Part shown: piece by piece, positions 8,925 to 18,453 of the stretch
Layout: each line of letters begins with the position of its first letter
Position numbering within the stretch: the stretch's first letter is position 1
IMG/VR virus record: IMGVR_UViG_3300032255_000165
Direction: 5' to 3' (one strand)
Source of the DNA: an uncultured virus (IMG/VR IMGVR_UViG_3300032255_000165)
Lineage: Duplodnaviria; Heunggongvirae; Uroviricota; Caudoviricetes
Length of the DNA: 64,000 bases
Notes under the pieces: model-generated
Seen by the model: the letters and a program-made list of their open reading frames with translations, nothing else
Told to the model about the DNA's origin: nothing
Database searches by the model: none
Translations under genes and position numbers: made by a program

Positions 8925-9751
8925 TGAACAACTTTCCAAAATCAATGGGAATGCCCACGCCCGGCCTATCGTTAAAAGTGGCCGCATGGATGGCCAATGC
9001 ATCGGCACTGGCCTATGAAGACCACGTTGATATCGAAGCCCAATTAAAAACCATGTCCGGTTTTATCGGTTGCCAGTTTTTTGATGAACAAGGCACACAG
9101 GCCTTTTTAGCAGAATTCCAAACATGCCAAGTGTTGGTTTTTCGTGGCACCCAATTAAATGAACCCGCTGATATTCTGGCCGATTTGAATTTTAAAAAAA
9201 CCAAACGTGTTAATTCAATAACCGGTCAAGTTCATGCTGGATTCTATAAAGCGTTAAGTGCCGTATCAAAGGACATCACGACGGCCCTTAATATAAGCCG
9301 AAAATCAATATATATTTCGGGTCACAGCTTGGGTGGTGCCTTGGCTGTTCTTATGGCGGCTAAATTGATGAACCCGTTTTTAACAACATGTGGGGAGGTG
9401 ATCGGCGTTTATACTTTTGGATGCCCACGGACAGGTGATAAAATTTTCCAAGATTCACAAAATATATATATTAAGGCTCCTCATTACCGTTTCACAAATT
9501 CATCTGACATTGTGCCGTGGTTGCCCTTTATAATTTTCAATTACCGTCACACTGGCCATCATATTCATCTAACGACCACGGGTAAAATTTTGCGTAACCC
9601 CGGCCTATGCCGTTCATTGGCCAGCGTGATCATGGGATTAATCCCCGGCCTACTTCGGGCCAGTAGTTGGGTTGGTCGCTTCCCATACCGGTTATTCACA
9701 GACCACGCCATTTCAAATTATCAAATCAAATTAGTAAAGGTCATCAAATGA
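8924..9751 (+). CDS. lipase class 3 family alpha/beta hydrolase
   Basis: VFRGT, VHAGF, GHSLGGALA (catalytic Ser), YTFGCPRTGD, DIVPWLP (Asp), DHAISNY (His). Confidence 0.9.
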   Translation: MNNFPKSMGMPTPGLSLKVAAWMANASALAYEDHVDIEAQLKTMSGFIGCQFFDEQGTQAFLAEFQTCQVLVFRGTQLNEPADILADLNFKKTKRVNSITGQVHAGFYKALSAVSKDITTALNISRKSIYISGHSLGGALAVLMAAKLMNPFLTTCGEVIGVYTFGCPRTGDKIFQDSQNIYIKAPHYRFTNSSDIVPWLPFIIFNYRHTGHHIHLTTTGKILRNPGLCRSLASVIMGLIPGLLRASSWVGRFPYRLFTDHAISNYQIKLVKVIK

Positions 9752-9951
9752 AAATAGGTGACCGCATTTATAAAGATGGCAAACGCTGGGACATCACCGG
9801 TGTTTGCAACTCCAGATTAGGCGATAAGTCCCCGGCCATAGTCTGCCTTAGGGATTGTGACCAGCCTGATCCACAAAATGATTTCCGCGTTCCCATTGAA
9901 TTGGTCGAAGGCATTGCCCTAATTAAAAAAGAGGTTCTAAACGATGTCTGA
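9748..9951 (+). CDS. hypothetical protein
   Basis: ATGA-coupled short ORF with AAGG RBS. Confidence 0.55.
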   Translation: MKIGDRIYKDGKRWDITGVCNSRLGDKSPAIVCLRDCDQPDPQNDFRVPIELVEGIALIKKEVLNDV

Positions 9952-10147
9952 TGATGCCGACAAAGCCCAACCCTTAATCGAACGTGAAATTGAAACCGGC
10001 CTCGCCGAAATCACAGCCGCAATACCTAAGGGTGAAAGTGCAAAATTTTGCCGTGATTGTGGTGAAAAGATACCCGACGCCCGACGCCGGGCCGTGCCGG
10101 GAATTAAATGTTGCGTTTTTTGTTCTTCACAAAATGAAAGCCAATAA
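9944..10147 (+). CDS. TraR/DksA C4 zinc-finger protein
   Basis: DDADKAQ...CRDCGEKIPDARRRAVPG...CVFC. Confidence 0.88.
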   Translation: MSDDADKAQPLIEREIETGLAEITAAIPKGESAKFCRDCGEKIPDARRRAVPGIKCCVFCSSQNESQ

Positions 10148-10149
10148 AA

Positions 10150-10371
10150 ATGCCTAAAGATAAAGATGATTTAACATTTCAACTCGGCATCCTGATAGGC
10201 GAAATGAAAGGCGTTCGTGATGATTTGCACGATATCAAAACGGGTCAAATTGCGGTTGATAAGCGCTTGCGTTCTGTAGAAATTAAATCATCCATTGTTG
10301 GCACCATAGGCGGGGCTATTTCTGGCTTTGCTATGGTGTTGTTTGGGGGTGGAAGTGGCCCACAATCCTGA
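10150..10371 (+). CDS. small coiled-coil protein with C-terminal TM segment (possibly holin-like)
   Basis: Coiled coil followed by hydrophobic IVGTIGGAISGFAMVLF. Confidence 0.6.
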   Translation: MPKDKDDLTFQLGILIGEMKGVRDDLHDIKTGQIAVDKRLRSVEIKSSIVGTIGGAISGFAMVLFGGGSGPQS

Positions 10372-10855
10372 AAATAAAGCTTTTGTTAGGCGTTCATATG
10401 TTTTCGACAAATTGCCATTAACGCAAAGTTGCGCCATTCATGGCGTGGCCATTGGCACCGCCCGGCGTTGGAAAAAGAAAGCCACCCAAGATGGTGATTG
10501 TTGGGATAAAGCCCGGGCATCGAATTCCATGACCACCGGCAACATGGATGAAATGTTATCATCCATGGTCAATGATTTTGTCACCATGCATAAAACATTA
10601 TGTGATGAAATCACCAATAACAAAGACATGGACGCCCTGACAAAAATTAACGCGCTGGCAAGCTTGGCCGACTCGTTGAATAAATGCATAGCCGCCGCTG
10701 GCCGGGCCAGCCCGCGTTTAAACCGTCTATCGTTAGCGATCGAAATAATTGAAACGCTGGGTCATTTTATCCAAGAAAAATTTCCAGAACATGCCTTGGC
10801 CTTTGCCGAAGTGATTGAACCCTTTGGTGTAAAGGTTTCAAAAAAATATGGCTGA
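10355..10855 (+). CDS. DUF1804-family protein (probable small terminase subunit)
   Basis: VRRSYVF...TARRWK...GDCWDKAR; precedes the large terminase; GTG start inferred. Confidence 0.8.
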   Translation: MAHNPENKAFVRRSYVFDKLPLTQSCAIHGVAIGTARRWKKKATQDGDCWDKARASNSMTTGNMDEMLSSMVNDFVTMHKTLCDEITNNKDMDALTKINALASLADSLNKCIAAAGRASPRLNRLSLAIEIIETLGHFIQEKFPEHALAFAEVIEPFGVKVSKKYG

Positions 10856-12506
10856 CCATACAAGCAAACGCGAATTTTTAGAAGACCTAGAACAAATCGC
10901 TATCCAGTTCCGGGCCACCATTGAAGCAAAAGTCACCGGTTTCAACCCCGACCCTACCGAAGCCAAAGCCCGTGCCAAAAAAGCATTAGGGGATTTTCGT
11001 TTTTTTGCCATCACATATTTTCCACATTATTTACGCAACAGCGATGATGCCGGATTTAGTCAGTTTCAGAAATGGTTAATCAAAACACTACCGGCCGCCC
11101 TTCAATCACCCGAAGCCGTGGCCATGGCCGTGGCCGCCCCACGCGGTGAAGCCAAATCAACGTATATGTTGATCTTTGCTTTATGGATGGCTTTAAAAAA
11201 ATCCAAGCGATACATGATTTATATCATGGATTCCTATGAACAAGCCGCCGTTGTGGTCGAAGCTTATAAAGCAGAACTTGAAATCAACCCACGCGTCAAA
11301 ATGGATTTCCCAAAAGAAGTGGGGCGCGGCCACATTTGGCGTGAAGGCGAATGCACAACCGTTTCAAACGTTAAATTTCATGCCCGTGGTGCCGGTCAAA
11401 AAATACGCGGACTTAAACATGGTGCGTACCGTCCCGATGCCGTGTTTCTGGATGACATAGAAAATGATGAAAATGTAAAATCCCCCGCCCAACGGGACAA
11501 GCTAGAAGATTGGCTTGATAAAGCCGTTCAAAACTTGGGCGAAGCCGGGGCCAAGTACGATATTTTTTATATCGGCACAATTCTTCATTATGACGCCGTT
11601 CTAGCCCGCACACAAAAAACCCCATTTTGGCAATCCGTCACATTCCAAGCCATCATCCAGTGGCCCACCAATATGGACCTTTGGGAACAATGGGAAGAAA
11701 TTGTCCGCAATGACAGCGTTGATGCCGCGCAATTATTTTATGACGATAATATAGAAGCCATGGAAAGTGGGGCAATTCTATCTTGGCCCGGCAAACGTGA
11801 TTTATTGACGTTGATGAAAAAAAAGGTGGCCATCAAAGACCGTGCCTTTAATTCGGAATATCAGAACAATCCATCCGATGATGGTGACTTTTCAAGGCTG
11901 ACATTTTGGGTTGAACCAAAACCTGATCTTGTTTTATTTGGTGCCTGTGATCCAAGCCTTGGCAAAAAAGGCAAAAGCGGCATTCGTCGTGGCGACCCAT
12001 CGGCCATTTTAATTGGTGGCTTTAATCGCGCACTAGGCACCATGGATGTGTTGGCGGCCGATATCAAACGCCGTAAACCGGGCGTGATCATCGACACCAT
12101 TATAAAATATCAACGCGAATATGAATGTTATTTATGGTTTTTTGAATCCGTCCAATTCCAAGAATTCATGCGTGAACAACTCATTCAAAAAGGAATTGAC
12201 CAAGGCGTCAACATACCCGCCAAACCAGTTATCCCATTGGACGATAAAACTTTACGCATTCAATCATTGATCATCCCTATTGAAGACGAACGCATCCGCA
12301 TTCACGCAAGCCAGAAAGTTTTAAAAGAACAATTGGAACAATGGCCAAACGCCGCCCATGACGATGGACCGGATGCTTTAGAAATGCTTTGGAACAACGC
12401 CATCACACACGGCCATGTGGGTGAATTTAACACCGGTGGCCACCGCACCATGACCCAAATTGCACAACCCGGAATCCTTGGACGTATGAGAAATAGAGGC
12501 AGATAA
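10848..12506 (+). CDS. terminase large subunit (Mu gp28-like)
   Basis: APRGEAKST Walker A, FLDDIEND Walker B, CDPSLG and HDDGPDALE nuclease motifs. Confidence 0.92.
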   Translation: MADHTSKREFLEDLEQIAIQFRATIEAKVTGFNPDPTEAKARAKKALGDFRFFAITYFPHYLRNSDDAGFSQFQKWLIKTLPAALQSPEAVAMAVAAPRGEAKSTYMLIFALWMALKKSKRYMIYIMDSYEQAAVVVEAYKAELEINPRVKMDFPKEVGRGHIWREGECTTVSNVKFHARGAGQKIRGLKHGAYRPDAVFLDDIENDENVKSPAQRDKLEDWLDKAVQNLGEAGAKYDIFYIGTILHYDAVLARTQKTPFWQSVTFQAIIQWPTNMDLWEQWEEIVRNDSVDAAQLFYDDNIEAMESGAILSWPGKRDLLTLMKKKVAIKDRAFNSEYQNNPSDDGDFSRLTFWVEPKPDLVLFGACDPSLGKKGKSGIRRGDPSAILIGGFNRALGTMDVLAADIKRRKPGVIIDTIIKYQREYECYLWFFESVQFQEFMREQLIQKGIDQGVNIPAKPVIPLDDKTLRIQSLIIPIEDERIRIHASQKVLKEQLEQWPNAAHDDGPDALEMLWNNAITHGHVGEFNTGGHRTMTQIAQPGILGRMRNRGR

Positions 12507-12508
12507 AA

Positions 12509-13975
12509 ATGGCAAAAAACAAAAAACATATCAAACCAGAATTTAATGAAGTCACCGTTGCCGGTGGCTCAAACATGGGCAGCTTGTTTTCTGATAAAAC
12601 TATGGAAGCCACGCCAACCAACATTAAAAAATGGCGCGGGTTTTTAATTGATCATCAAGTAGCTTCAACATGGAACCAACGTAAACTTTCTGTCATGGCC
12701 GTTGATTATGAAGTTATCCCCGGTGGCGATGATGCTGTTGATATTGCAGCCGCTGATGATTTGCGGGACCAGTTGGCCAACATTAATTTCAACGCGGCTT
12801 TCCGCAAAATGCATTTTGGCAAATATTTTGGTTTTTCAGTAGCTGAACTGATGTGGTCAAAAACTGGTTTGCGCGTCACCCTTGATCAAATCAAAGTCCG
12901 GCGGCCAGAAAACTTTAAATTTGATCCTAAAACCGGTGATCTAAAATTTTTAGGTGGCGGCAATCCCCAAGGCGAATTTTTGCCCGATAATAAAATGTGG
13001 ATATATACGGTTGATGGCGATTCCGACGACGCCCCCCACGGCCCACCGATTGGTTGGCAATTATACTGGCCCATATTTTTAAAACAAAACGGGGCGCAGT
13101 TTTGGGCCGTTGCGGTTGAAAAATACGGTATGCCCACAGCCACCGGCCAATATCCGCAAGGTGCCGATAAAAAAGCCCAAGAAAATTTGATGGATGCTTT
13201 GCTTGCCATTCACAGCCAGTCGGCTGTTGCTTTCCCCGAAGGATTTGAAGTCAAACTATTAGAAGCCGTGCGCACATCCGGAGGCGATTATCAAAAGTTT
13301 TTGGAATATTGGGACCGGGCCATTTCAAAAGTCATTGTCGGTCAAACCATGACCACGGATGATGGTAGTTCAAAATCACAAGCCACCGTACATAAATCAA
13401 TTTTGGATATCATTGTTCAAGCTGATGCCGATGATATTTGTGACTCATTCAACGACACCGCCGCCAAATGGTTAACCGCATGGAATTTCCCAAATGCCAA
13501 AACCCCCAATGTGCAGAGGCGCATTAAAAAAGCCGAAGACTTAGGAGCCAAGGCGACAAGGGATAAAGCCTTGAGTGAGGCGGCCGGTGCCAAATTGACC
13601 AACCAATATGTCAAAGATCATTATGGCATTGAACTTGAAGAAAAAACCAATGACCCAAGAAACGAGCCAACAAATGACAATTCCGCTTTTAGCGATCCAG
13701 TAAAAAACCAAAATGGAAATTTCATACAACAATTTTCAGACCCGGACGATATCACAAGCCTTGCCGATCAATTGGATGATGTCACATCCATTGAAGTCGA
13801 AGCCATGATTGATGAAGCTAAACAAATATTAAATACATCCAATTCCGTCGAAGAATTCAGCGAACGACTTTTGAAACTTTCGGGTGAACAAGATAATCAA
13901 CAATTGGCCAATATCATTGCCGGTGGCACGGCCGTGGCCGCCATGATGGGCCAAGCGGATGTAGACGATGATTGA
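12509..13975 (+). CDS. portal protein, DUF935 (Mu gp29-like)
   Basis: GFSVAELMW, EKYGMP...GQYP, ISKVIVGQTMTT motifs. Confidence 0.9.
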   Translation: MAKNKKHIKPEFNEVTVAGGSNMGSLFSDKTMEATPTNIKKWRGFLIDHQVASTWNQRKLSVMAVDYEVIPGGDDAVDIAAADDLRDQLANINFNAAFRKMHFGKYFGFSVAELMWSKTGLRVTLDQIKVRRPENFKFDPKTGDLKFLGGGNPQGEFLPDNKMWIYTVDGDSDDAPHGPPIGWQLYWPIFLKQNGAQFWAVAVEKYGMPTATGQYPQGADKKAQENLMDALLAIHSQSAVAFPEGFEVKLLEAVRTSGGDYQKFLEYWDRAISKVIVGQTMTTDDGSSKSQATVHKSILDIIVQADADDICDSFNDTAAKWLTAWNFPNAKTPNVQRRIKKAEDLGAKATRDKALSEAAGAKLTNQYVKDHYGIELEEKTNDPRNEPTNDNSAFSDPVKNQNGNFIQQFSDPDDITSLADQLDDVTSIEVEAMIDEAKQILNTSNSVEEFSERLLKLSGEQDNQQLANIIAGGTAVAAMMGQADVDDD

Positions 13976-15200
13976 CGCAACCCCGGTTCAATTTCAAGAA
14001 GCCATTGATTTTTTCAAATCTAAAACCAAACTTTCAAGTAATGCGTGGACGGATTTATGGGCCGAACAAAACACCAAAGCATTTATCGTGGCCGGTGCCG
14101 TTAAAACCGGGTTGGTCGAAGATTTTCATAACGCTATTCAAAAAGCTATTTCAACGGGCACAACGCTGGATGAATTCAGAAATGATTTTGACAACATCGT
14201 TGCCAAACATGGTTGGTCATATAAAGGCAAACGCGGTTGGCGTAGCCGGGTTATTTATGACACTAATTTACGGGCGGCCTTTAACGCGGGCCGTTGGCAA
14301 CAAATTGAAAAAGTTAAAAAGCTACGGCCCTACCTTATGTATATAGCCGTCCAAGATGAACGCACCCGCCGAAGCCACAAAGCATGGCACGGCCTAGTTT
14401 ACCCTGTTGGCCACAAATTTTGGAACACCCACAATCCGTCGAACGGATGGGGTTGCCGTTGCACGACTAAAAGCCTTTCCGCCCGGGACGTAAAAAAATT
14501 AGGCTACAACGTATCCAATTCTTTGCCGCCCGAAGCCAAGCAAATCAGAAATGTTAAAATTGGCGGGAAAATCACCCAAGTTAAAACCCCGGCCGGGATT
14601 GATCCCGGGTTTGATTATAACGTTGGCCGTAATCGATTAACCGGCGTCACCCCACCACCGGCACCGGGCATACCCGGCCCGGGTAACGGCACAGCAGCAA
14701 CAGCGCCATTACCCACACCCCGTTCATTTAATCCAAAAAACTTATTACCCAGTAAAGGTTATAAAGAAGAAGACTATGCCAACGCATTTTTAAAAGAGTT
14801 TGACGCGGATATAAAAACACCTGTTGTTTTTTTAGATAAATCAGGCGAAGCCCTGCCCATATCCGTTGAACTATTCAAAGATCATTTTAAAGAGTGGAAA
14901 ATAAAAAAATCAGGTCGAGAAATTTATTTACGCATGCTGGCCCAAAACATCAAAAACCCGGATGAAATTTGGTTTGATTGGAAACGGTTAGAAAATGGCA
15001 TCTATCAATTACGGCGGCGGTATCTTTCCAGATTTGATCTAACTGGAAAACAGCAAAGCGGTCTTTCCGTCTTTGAAATCACGCGGGATGGATGGCGCGA
15101 AGTCACAAATTTTGCCCCAAAAAATGACCGCACTAAAGCCGTGCAAGATGAATATATGAACAAGCAGCGCAAAGGCACTTTAATTTATAAGCGGGAATAG
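13968..15200 (+). CDS. MuF (gp30) head protein with C-terminal PBECR2-like nuclease domain
   Basis: MuF motifs (DTNLR, DERTRRSH, NGWGCRC, DPGFDYN), then Pro-rich linker and NPDEIW...RRRYL...GW...TNF...RKGTLIYKR domain. Confidence 0.85.
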   Translation: MIDATPVQFQEAIDFFKSKTKLSSNAWTDLWAEQNTKAFIVAGAVKTGLVEDFHNAIQKAISTGTTLDEFRNDFDNIVAKHGWSYKGKRGWRSRVIYDTNLRAAFNAGRWQQIEKVKKLRPYLMYIAVQDERTRRSHKAWHGLVYPVGHKFWNTHNPSNGWGCRCTTKSLSARDVKKLGYNVSNSLPPEAKQIRNVKIGGKITQVKTPAGIDPGFDYNVGRNRLTGVTPPPAPGIPGPGNGTAATAPLPTPRSFNPKNLLPSKGYKEEDYANAFLKEFDADIKTPVVFLDKSGEALPISVELFKDHFKEWKIKKSGREIYLRMLAQNIKNPDEIWFDWKRLENGIYQLRRRYLSRFDLTGKQQSGLSVFEITRDGWREVTNFAPKNDRTKAVQDEYMNKQRKGTLIYKRE

Positions 15201-15232
15201 AAAAAGCCCGAGGTGCTTCCCGGGCTATTTTT
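15201..15232. terminator. bidirectional rho-independent terminator
   Basis: AAAAAGCCCGAGGTGCTTCCCGGGCTATTTTT. Confidence 0.75.
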
Positions 15233-15275
15233 AAAGAACCATTAGACGCGACATTTGCACCGCTAGGAACCTTAC
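15201..15275 (-). ncRNA. candidate small RNA convergent on MuF-PBECR2
   Basis: Minus-strand TTGATT(15308-15303)-N17-TATATT(15285-15280) promoter; stem-loop; GCCCG/CGGGC terminator with U-tract. Confidence 0.5.
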
Positions 15276-15503
15276 AAATAATATACGCCTAAAAGCCCTA
15301 AAAATCAATATTCAATTTTAAAGCTCAAAACCGCCATTTTTCAAGTTTAAGCTAGTCATGTGGCTGGGCCAAGCTAACCCCCCCCGTTAGGTACCCGTTA
15401 GAATCGCTAAAATCACTATTCAAAATGAAATGCTGGACCGCGCGGATACAATTAAGCCATGATGCCCATTATTGGCGCATTATTTTTTTATGCCCCCGTG
15501 CGT

Positions 15504-15520
15504 TTTCCCTGAACAGTTCA
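15504..15520 (+). promoter_or_regulatory. putative Mor/C activator site of the head (PI-like) promoter
   Basis: TTTCCCTGAACAGTTCA, matches the site at 7754. Confidence 0.55.
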
Positions 15521-15575
15521 TTTAATATCTTTGCCACCGATATTGCATTTTGACCTCACATTAACGAGGTCAAAA

Positions 15576-16724
15576 ATGAAAAAAAAAATTCATATCTTCA
15601 AAACTGGAACACACACACCCGTGACAGGTGGGGCCATTCAGTTTTCCGATAGCGTTGTTAAATCCATCGCCACTAATTATAACCCGGAAAAATACGAAGC
15701 CCCGATTGTCATCGGCCATCCAAAAATGGAAGCTCCGGCTTTCGGCTGGGTTTCCGGCGTTGAATTTTCGGACGGCAACTTATTTGCCGACGTTGGCTTG
15801 ATCAATTCTGATTTTGCCGACGCCGTTAATAAAGGTTATTACAAAAAAGTATCCGCATCATTTTTCACACCCAATTCACCCAACAACCCAACGCCGGGCG
15901 AATACCATTTACGACACGTTGGTTTTTTAGGTGCCGCATCCCCGGCTGTGAAAGGATTAGAAAACGCAACGTTTAGCGACAAACCCGTTTCATTTTCCGA
16001 TGATGACGAAATTGTAACCGTTGAATTTTCTGAAAATTCCGCGTGGGGTTTCAAATCCATTGCCCAAATTTTCAAATCCATTCGTGAATACTTGATTGAA
16101 GACAAAGGCAAAGACGTGGCCGACGTTGTTATACCAACCTATCAAATCGAAAGCTTGGAAAATATCGCCCAAGATGAAAATACCCCGGCCGCCCATAACC
16201 CTGCTTTTGCTGACCCAACAAATCCAAATCCAACCCCAACACCTGATTTGAAAGATAATGACATGCCCGAACAAGCCACAATTGACTTGGATAAAGCCAA
16301 GCAAGAACTAGAAGCCAAAGAAGCCACCCACGCAAAAGTCGTGGCTGAATTCACCCAAAAACAAAACTTGGCCGACGCCAAAACATTCATCAAAGACCTT
16401 GGTGGAAAAGTTCTACCGAGTGAAACCGATGGCTTGGCATCATTTATGGCCAGCCTATCGGATGACACCATTTCATTTGGTGATACCGCCGACCAACCCA
16501 CCATGGAGTTTTTCAAAAACTTTCTAAATGGGTTGCCTGACCGTGTGAATTTTACCGAAGTCACCAGCGAAAACACCTCGGCCGCCACCGTATCATTTGC
16601 CGCCCCGGCGGGCACCGCTGTGAACCAAGATAAATTGCAATTGGACGCGGACGCCCGCGCCCTGCAATCCCAAAACCCCGGCATGAAATATTTGGATGCC
16701 GTCGCCCAAGCCAGCAACGGCTAA
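15576..16724 (+). CDS. Mu gpI-like prohead protease, with probable in-frame scaffold from ~16263
   Basis: IHIFKTG, APIVIGHP, APAFGWV, YKKVSASF, LRHVGFLGAASPAVKGL; low-complexity linker then MPEQ... Confidence 0.88.
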   Translation: MKKKIHIFKTGTHTPVTGGAIQFSDSVVKSIATNYNPEKYEAPIVIGHPKMEAPAFGWVSGVEFSDGNLFADVGLINSDFADAVNKGYYKKVSASFFTPNSPNNPTPGEYHLRHVGFLGAASPAVKGLENATFSDKPVSFSDDDEIVTVEFSENSAWGFKSIAQIFKSIREYLIEDKGKDVADVVIPTYQIESLENIAQDENTPAAHNPAFADPTNPNPTPTPDLKDNDMPEQATIDLDKAKQELEAKEATHAKVVAEFTQKQNLADAKTFIKDLGGKVLPSETDGLASFMASLSDDTISFGDTADQPTMEFFKNFLNGLPDRVNFTEVTSENTSAATVSFAAPAGTAVNQDKLQLDADARALQSQNPGMKYLDAVAQASNG

Positions 16725-16745
16725 CTACCGAAAGGAAAAATTAAA

Positions 16746-17084
16746 ATGCCTTCTGAAAATATCATTCTTGCTGAAACGGTTATTGCCGTTGGTGCAATTA
16801 CCCAAGCACGATTTGTCACCCATGCCGGTGCACAAGCCACAATCCTTGGCGAAAAAGTCCTTGGTGTATCCAGCACCGATGCCGCCACCGGAAAAGCCGT
16901 GGCCATCGCCGCCTTGGGTGTCGCCATTGTTGATGCCGGTGGCGTCATTGCCGTGGGTGACGACATCATCACAGACGCCAATGGCAAAGCGGTTGTCGAT
17001 CCACCCCTTGGTACTGAATACATCATTGGCCAAGCCCGCACCGTCGGTGCCGCTGGTGGTCAAATCGAAGTTTTATTGAAATAA
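16746..17084 (+). CDS. capsid cement/decoration protein (DUF2190-like)
   Basis: Small Ala/Gly/Val-rich beta protein between protease and capsid. Confidence 0.75.
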   Translation: MPSENIILAETVIAVGAITQARFVTHAGAQATILGEKVLGVSSTDAATGKAVAIAALGVAIVDAGGVIAVGDDIITDANGKAVVDPPLGTEYIIGQARTVGAAGGQIEVLLK

Positions 17085-17096
17085 GGAAACAGATAA

Positions 17097-18041
17097 ATGC
17101 CTAAAATGAACACTGATCAAGCCCGCGTGATTGATCCGATTTTATCAAACCACGCCCGCGCCTATACCAACCCTGAAATGATTGCACAAAATCTTTTCCC
17201 AAATGTTGATGTCCCTGTACGTGGGGGCCGCGTCATCCAATTTGGCAAAGAATCATTTCGTCTTCATTCCGCCCGCCGCGCACCCGGTGCCGATACCCGC
17301 CGCGTACAGTTTGGTTTTGCTTCAAACCCTATTAGCGTCGTTCAAGAAGCACTTGAAGGCGTAGTCCCCTTTGAAATCATGGAAGAAGCCAACAATGTAC
17401 CCGGTGTCGATATGGCCGCCGGTTCCGTAGATATGGTCATGGAAACCATGAAATTAAATTTAGAATTCGAATGTTCCCAACTGGCCATGAACGCGGCTGG
17501 CTATGATGCCAATCATAAAGTGGCATTGGCGGGAACGGACAAATGGACTGATTACGCCAATTCTGACCCCATTAAAGACATTAATGATGCCCGCGAAGCC
17601 GTGCGCCGTTCCATTGGCCGTTATCCAAACACATTGGTTTTGGGTGCGGATGTGTTTGCCGTTCTTAAAGAACACCCAGCCATCATGGCCAAAGTTAAAT
17701 ATAACTCCGATCAATCCATGACAGAGGCCATATTAGCCCGCATTTTTGATGTGTCCAAAGTCGTCATCGGCAAAGCCATATATTTACCTGAAACCGCCGC
17801 TGAAACGGACTTGGCCACAGATGTGTGGGGCGGTGCTGTAATCTTGGCGTGGGTTCCACCCGCCGGTCAAAATTACCGTGTGCCAAGTTTTGGGTATAAC
17901 TACCAACTGCCCGGCATGCCTATGGTCGAAGAACCGTATTTTGAACGCAAACCCAAATCTTGGCTTTACCCGGTCACCTATGAACGTCAACCGTACATCG
18001 TTGGCGCGGATGCCGGTTTCCTTATCCAAACCCCGATTTAA
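17097..18041 (+). CDS. major capsid protein
   Basis: IDPILSNHARAY, FGKESFRL, PSFGYNY; position and strong RBS. Confidence 0.85.
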   Translation: MPKMNTDQARVIDPILSNHARAYTNPEMIAQNLFPNVDVPVRGGRVIQFGKESFRLHSARRAPGADTRRVQFGFASNPISVVQEALEGVVPFEIMEEANNVPGVDMAAGSVDMVMETMKLNLEFECSQLAMNAAGYDANHKVALAGTDKWTDYANSDPIKDINDAREAVRRSIGRYPNTLVLGADVFAVLKEHPAIMAKVKYNSDQSMTEAILARIFDVSKVVIGKAIYLPETAAETDLATDVWGGAVILAWVPPAGQNYRVPSFGYNYQLPGMPMVEEPYFERKPKSWLYPVTYERQPYIVGADAGFLIQTPI

Positions 18042-18069
18042 TAGCCCGAATTAAAAGGAAGTCAAAATC

Positions 18070-18453
18070 ATGCCAAATTATCAAGTGCTTTCCCCTGTTA
18101 AATTCGAAGGAAAAGTTCACGGCGTCGGTTCAAAACTGCCAATGACCGAAGAACAAGCCAAAGAACTTGTCACCATTTTTTCTTTGATCTTGGCCACTTC
18201 GGCAACGGCGACCAATCCAAAGCCAAATACCACAACGACTAACACGCCAACGGCTATGGACGAAGCCGAAGTCATCGAAGAAATTGCCGCCGTTCTTTCC
18301 CAACTAAAACAGGATGACTTTAAAAACGATGGCCACCCCAAAGTCCGTGCTGTTGAGGCTTTGTTAAAAGGCCAAGTTGATCCAAGTCTGATTTCTGCAA
18401 CACAAGTGAATGCAGCTTGGCAATCATACAGCCCCGAAAAACCCAACGCTTAA
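18070..18453 (+). CDS. hypothetical virion-associated protein
   Basis: ORF with AAGGA RBS after the capsid gene. Confidence 0.65.
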   Translation: MPNYQVLSPVKFEGKVHGVGSKLPMTEEQAKELVTIFSLILATSATATNPKPNTTTTNTPTAMDEAEVIEEIAAVLSQLKQDDFKNDGHPKVRAVEALLKGQVDPSLISATQVNAAWQSYSPEKPNA

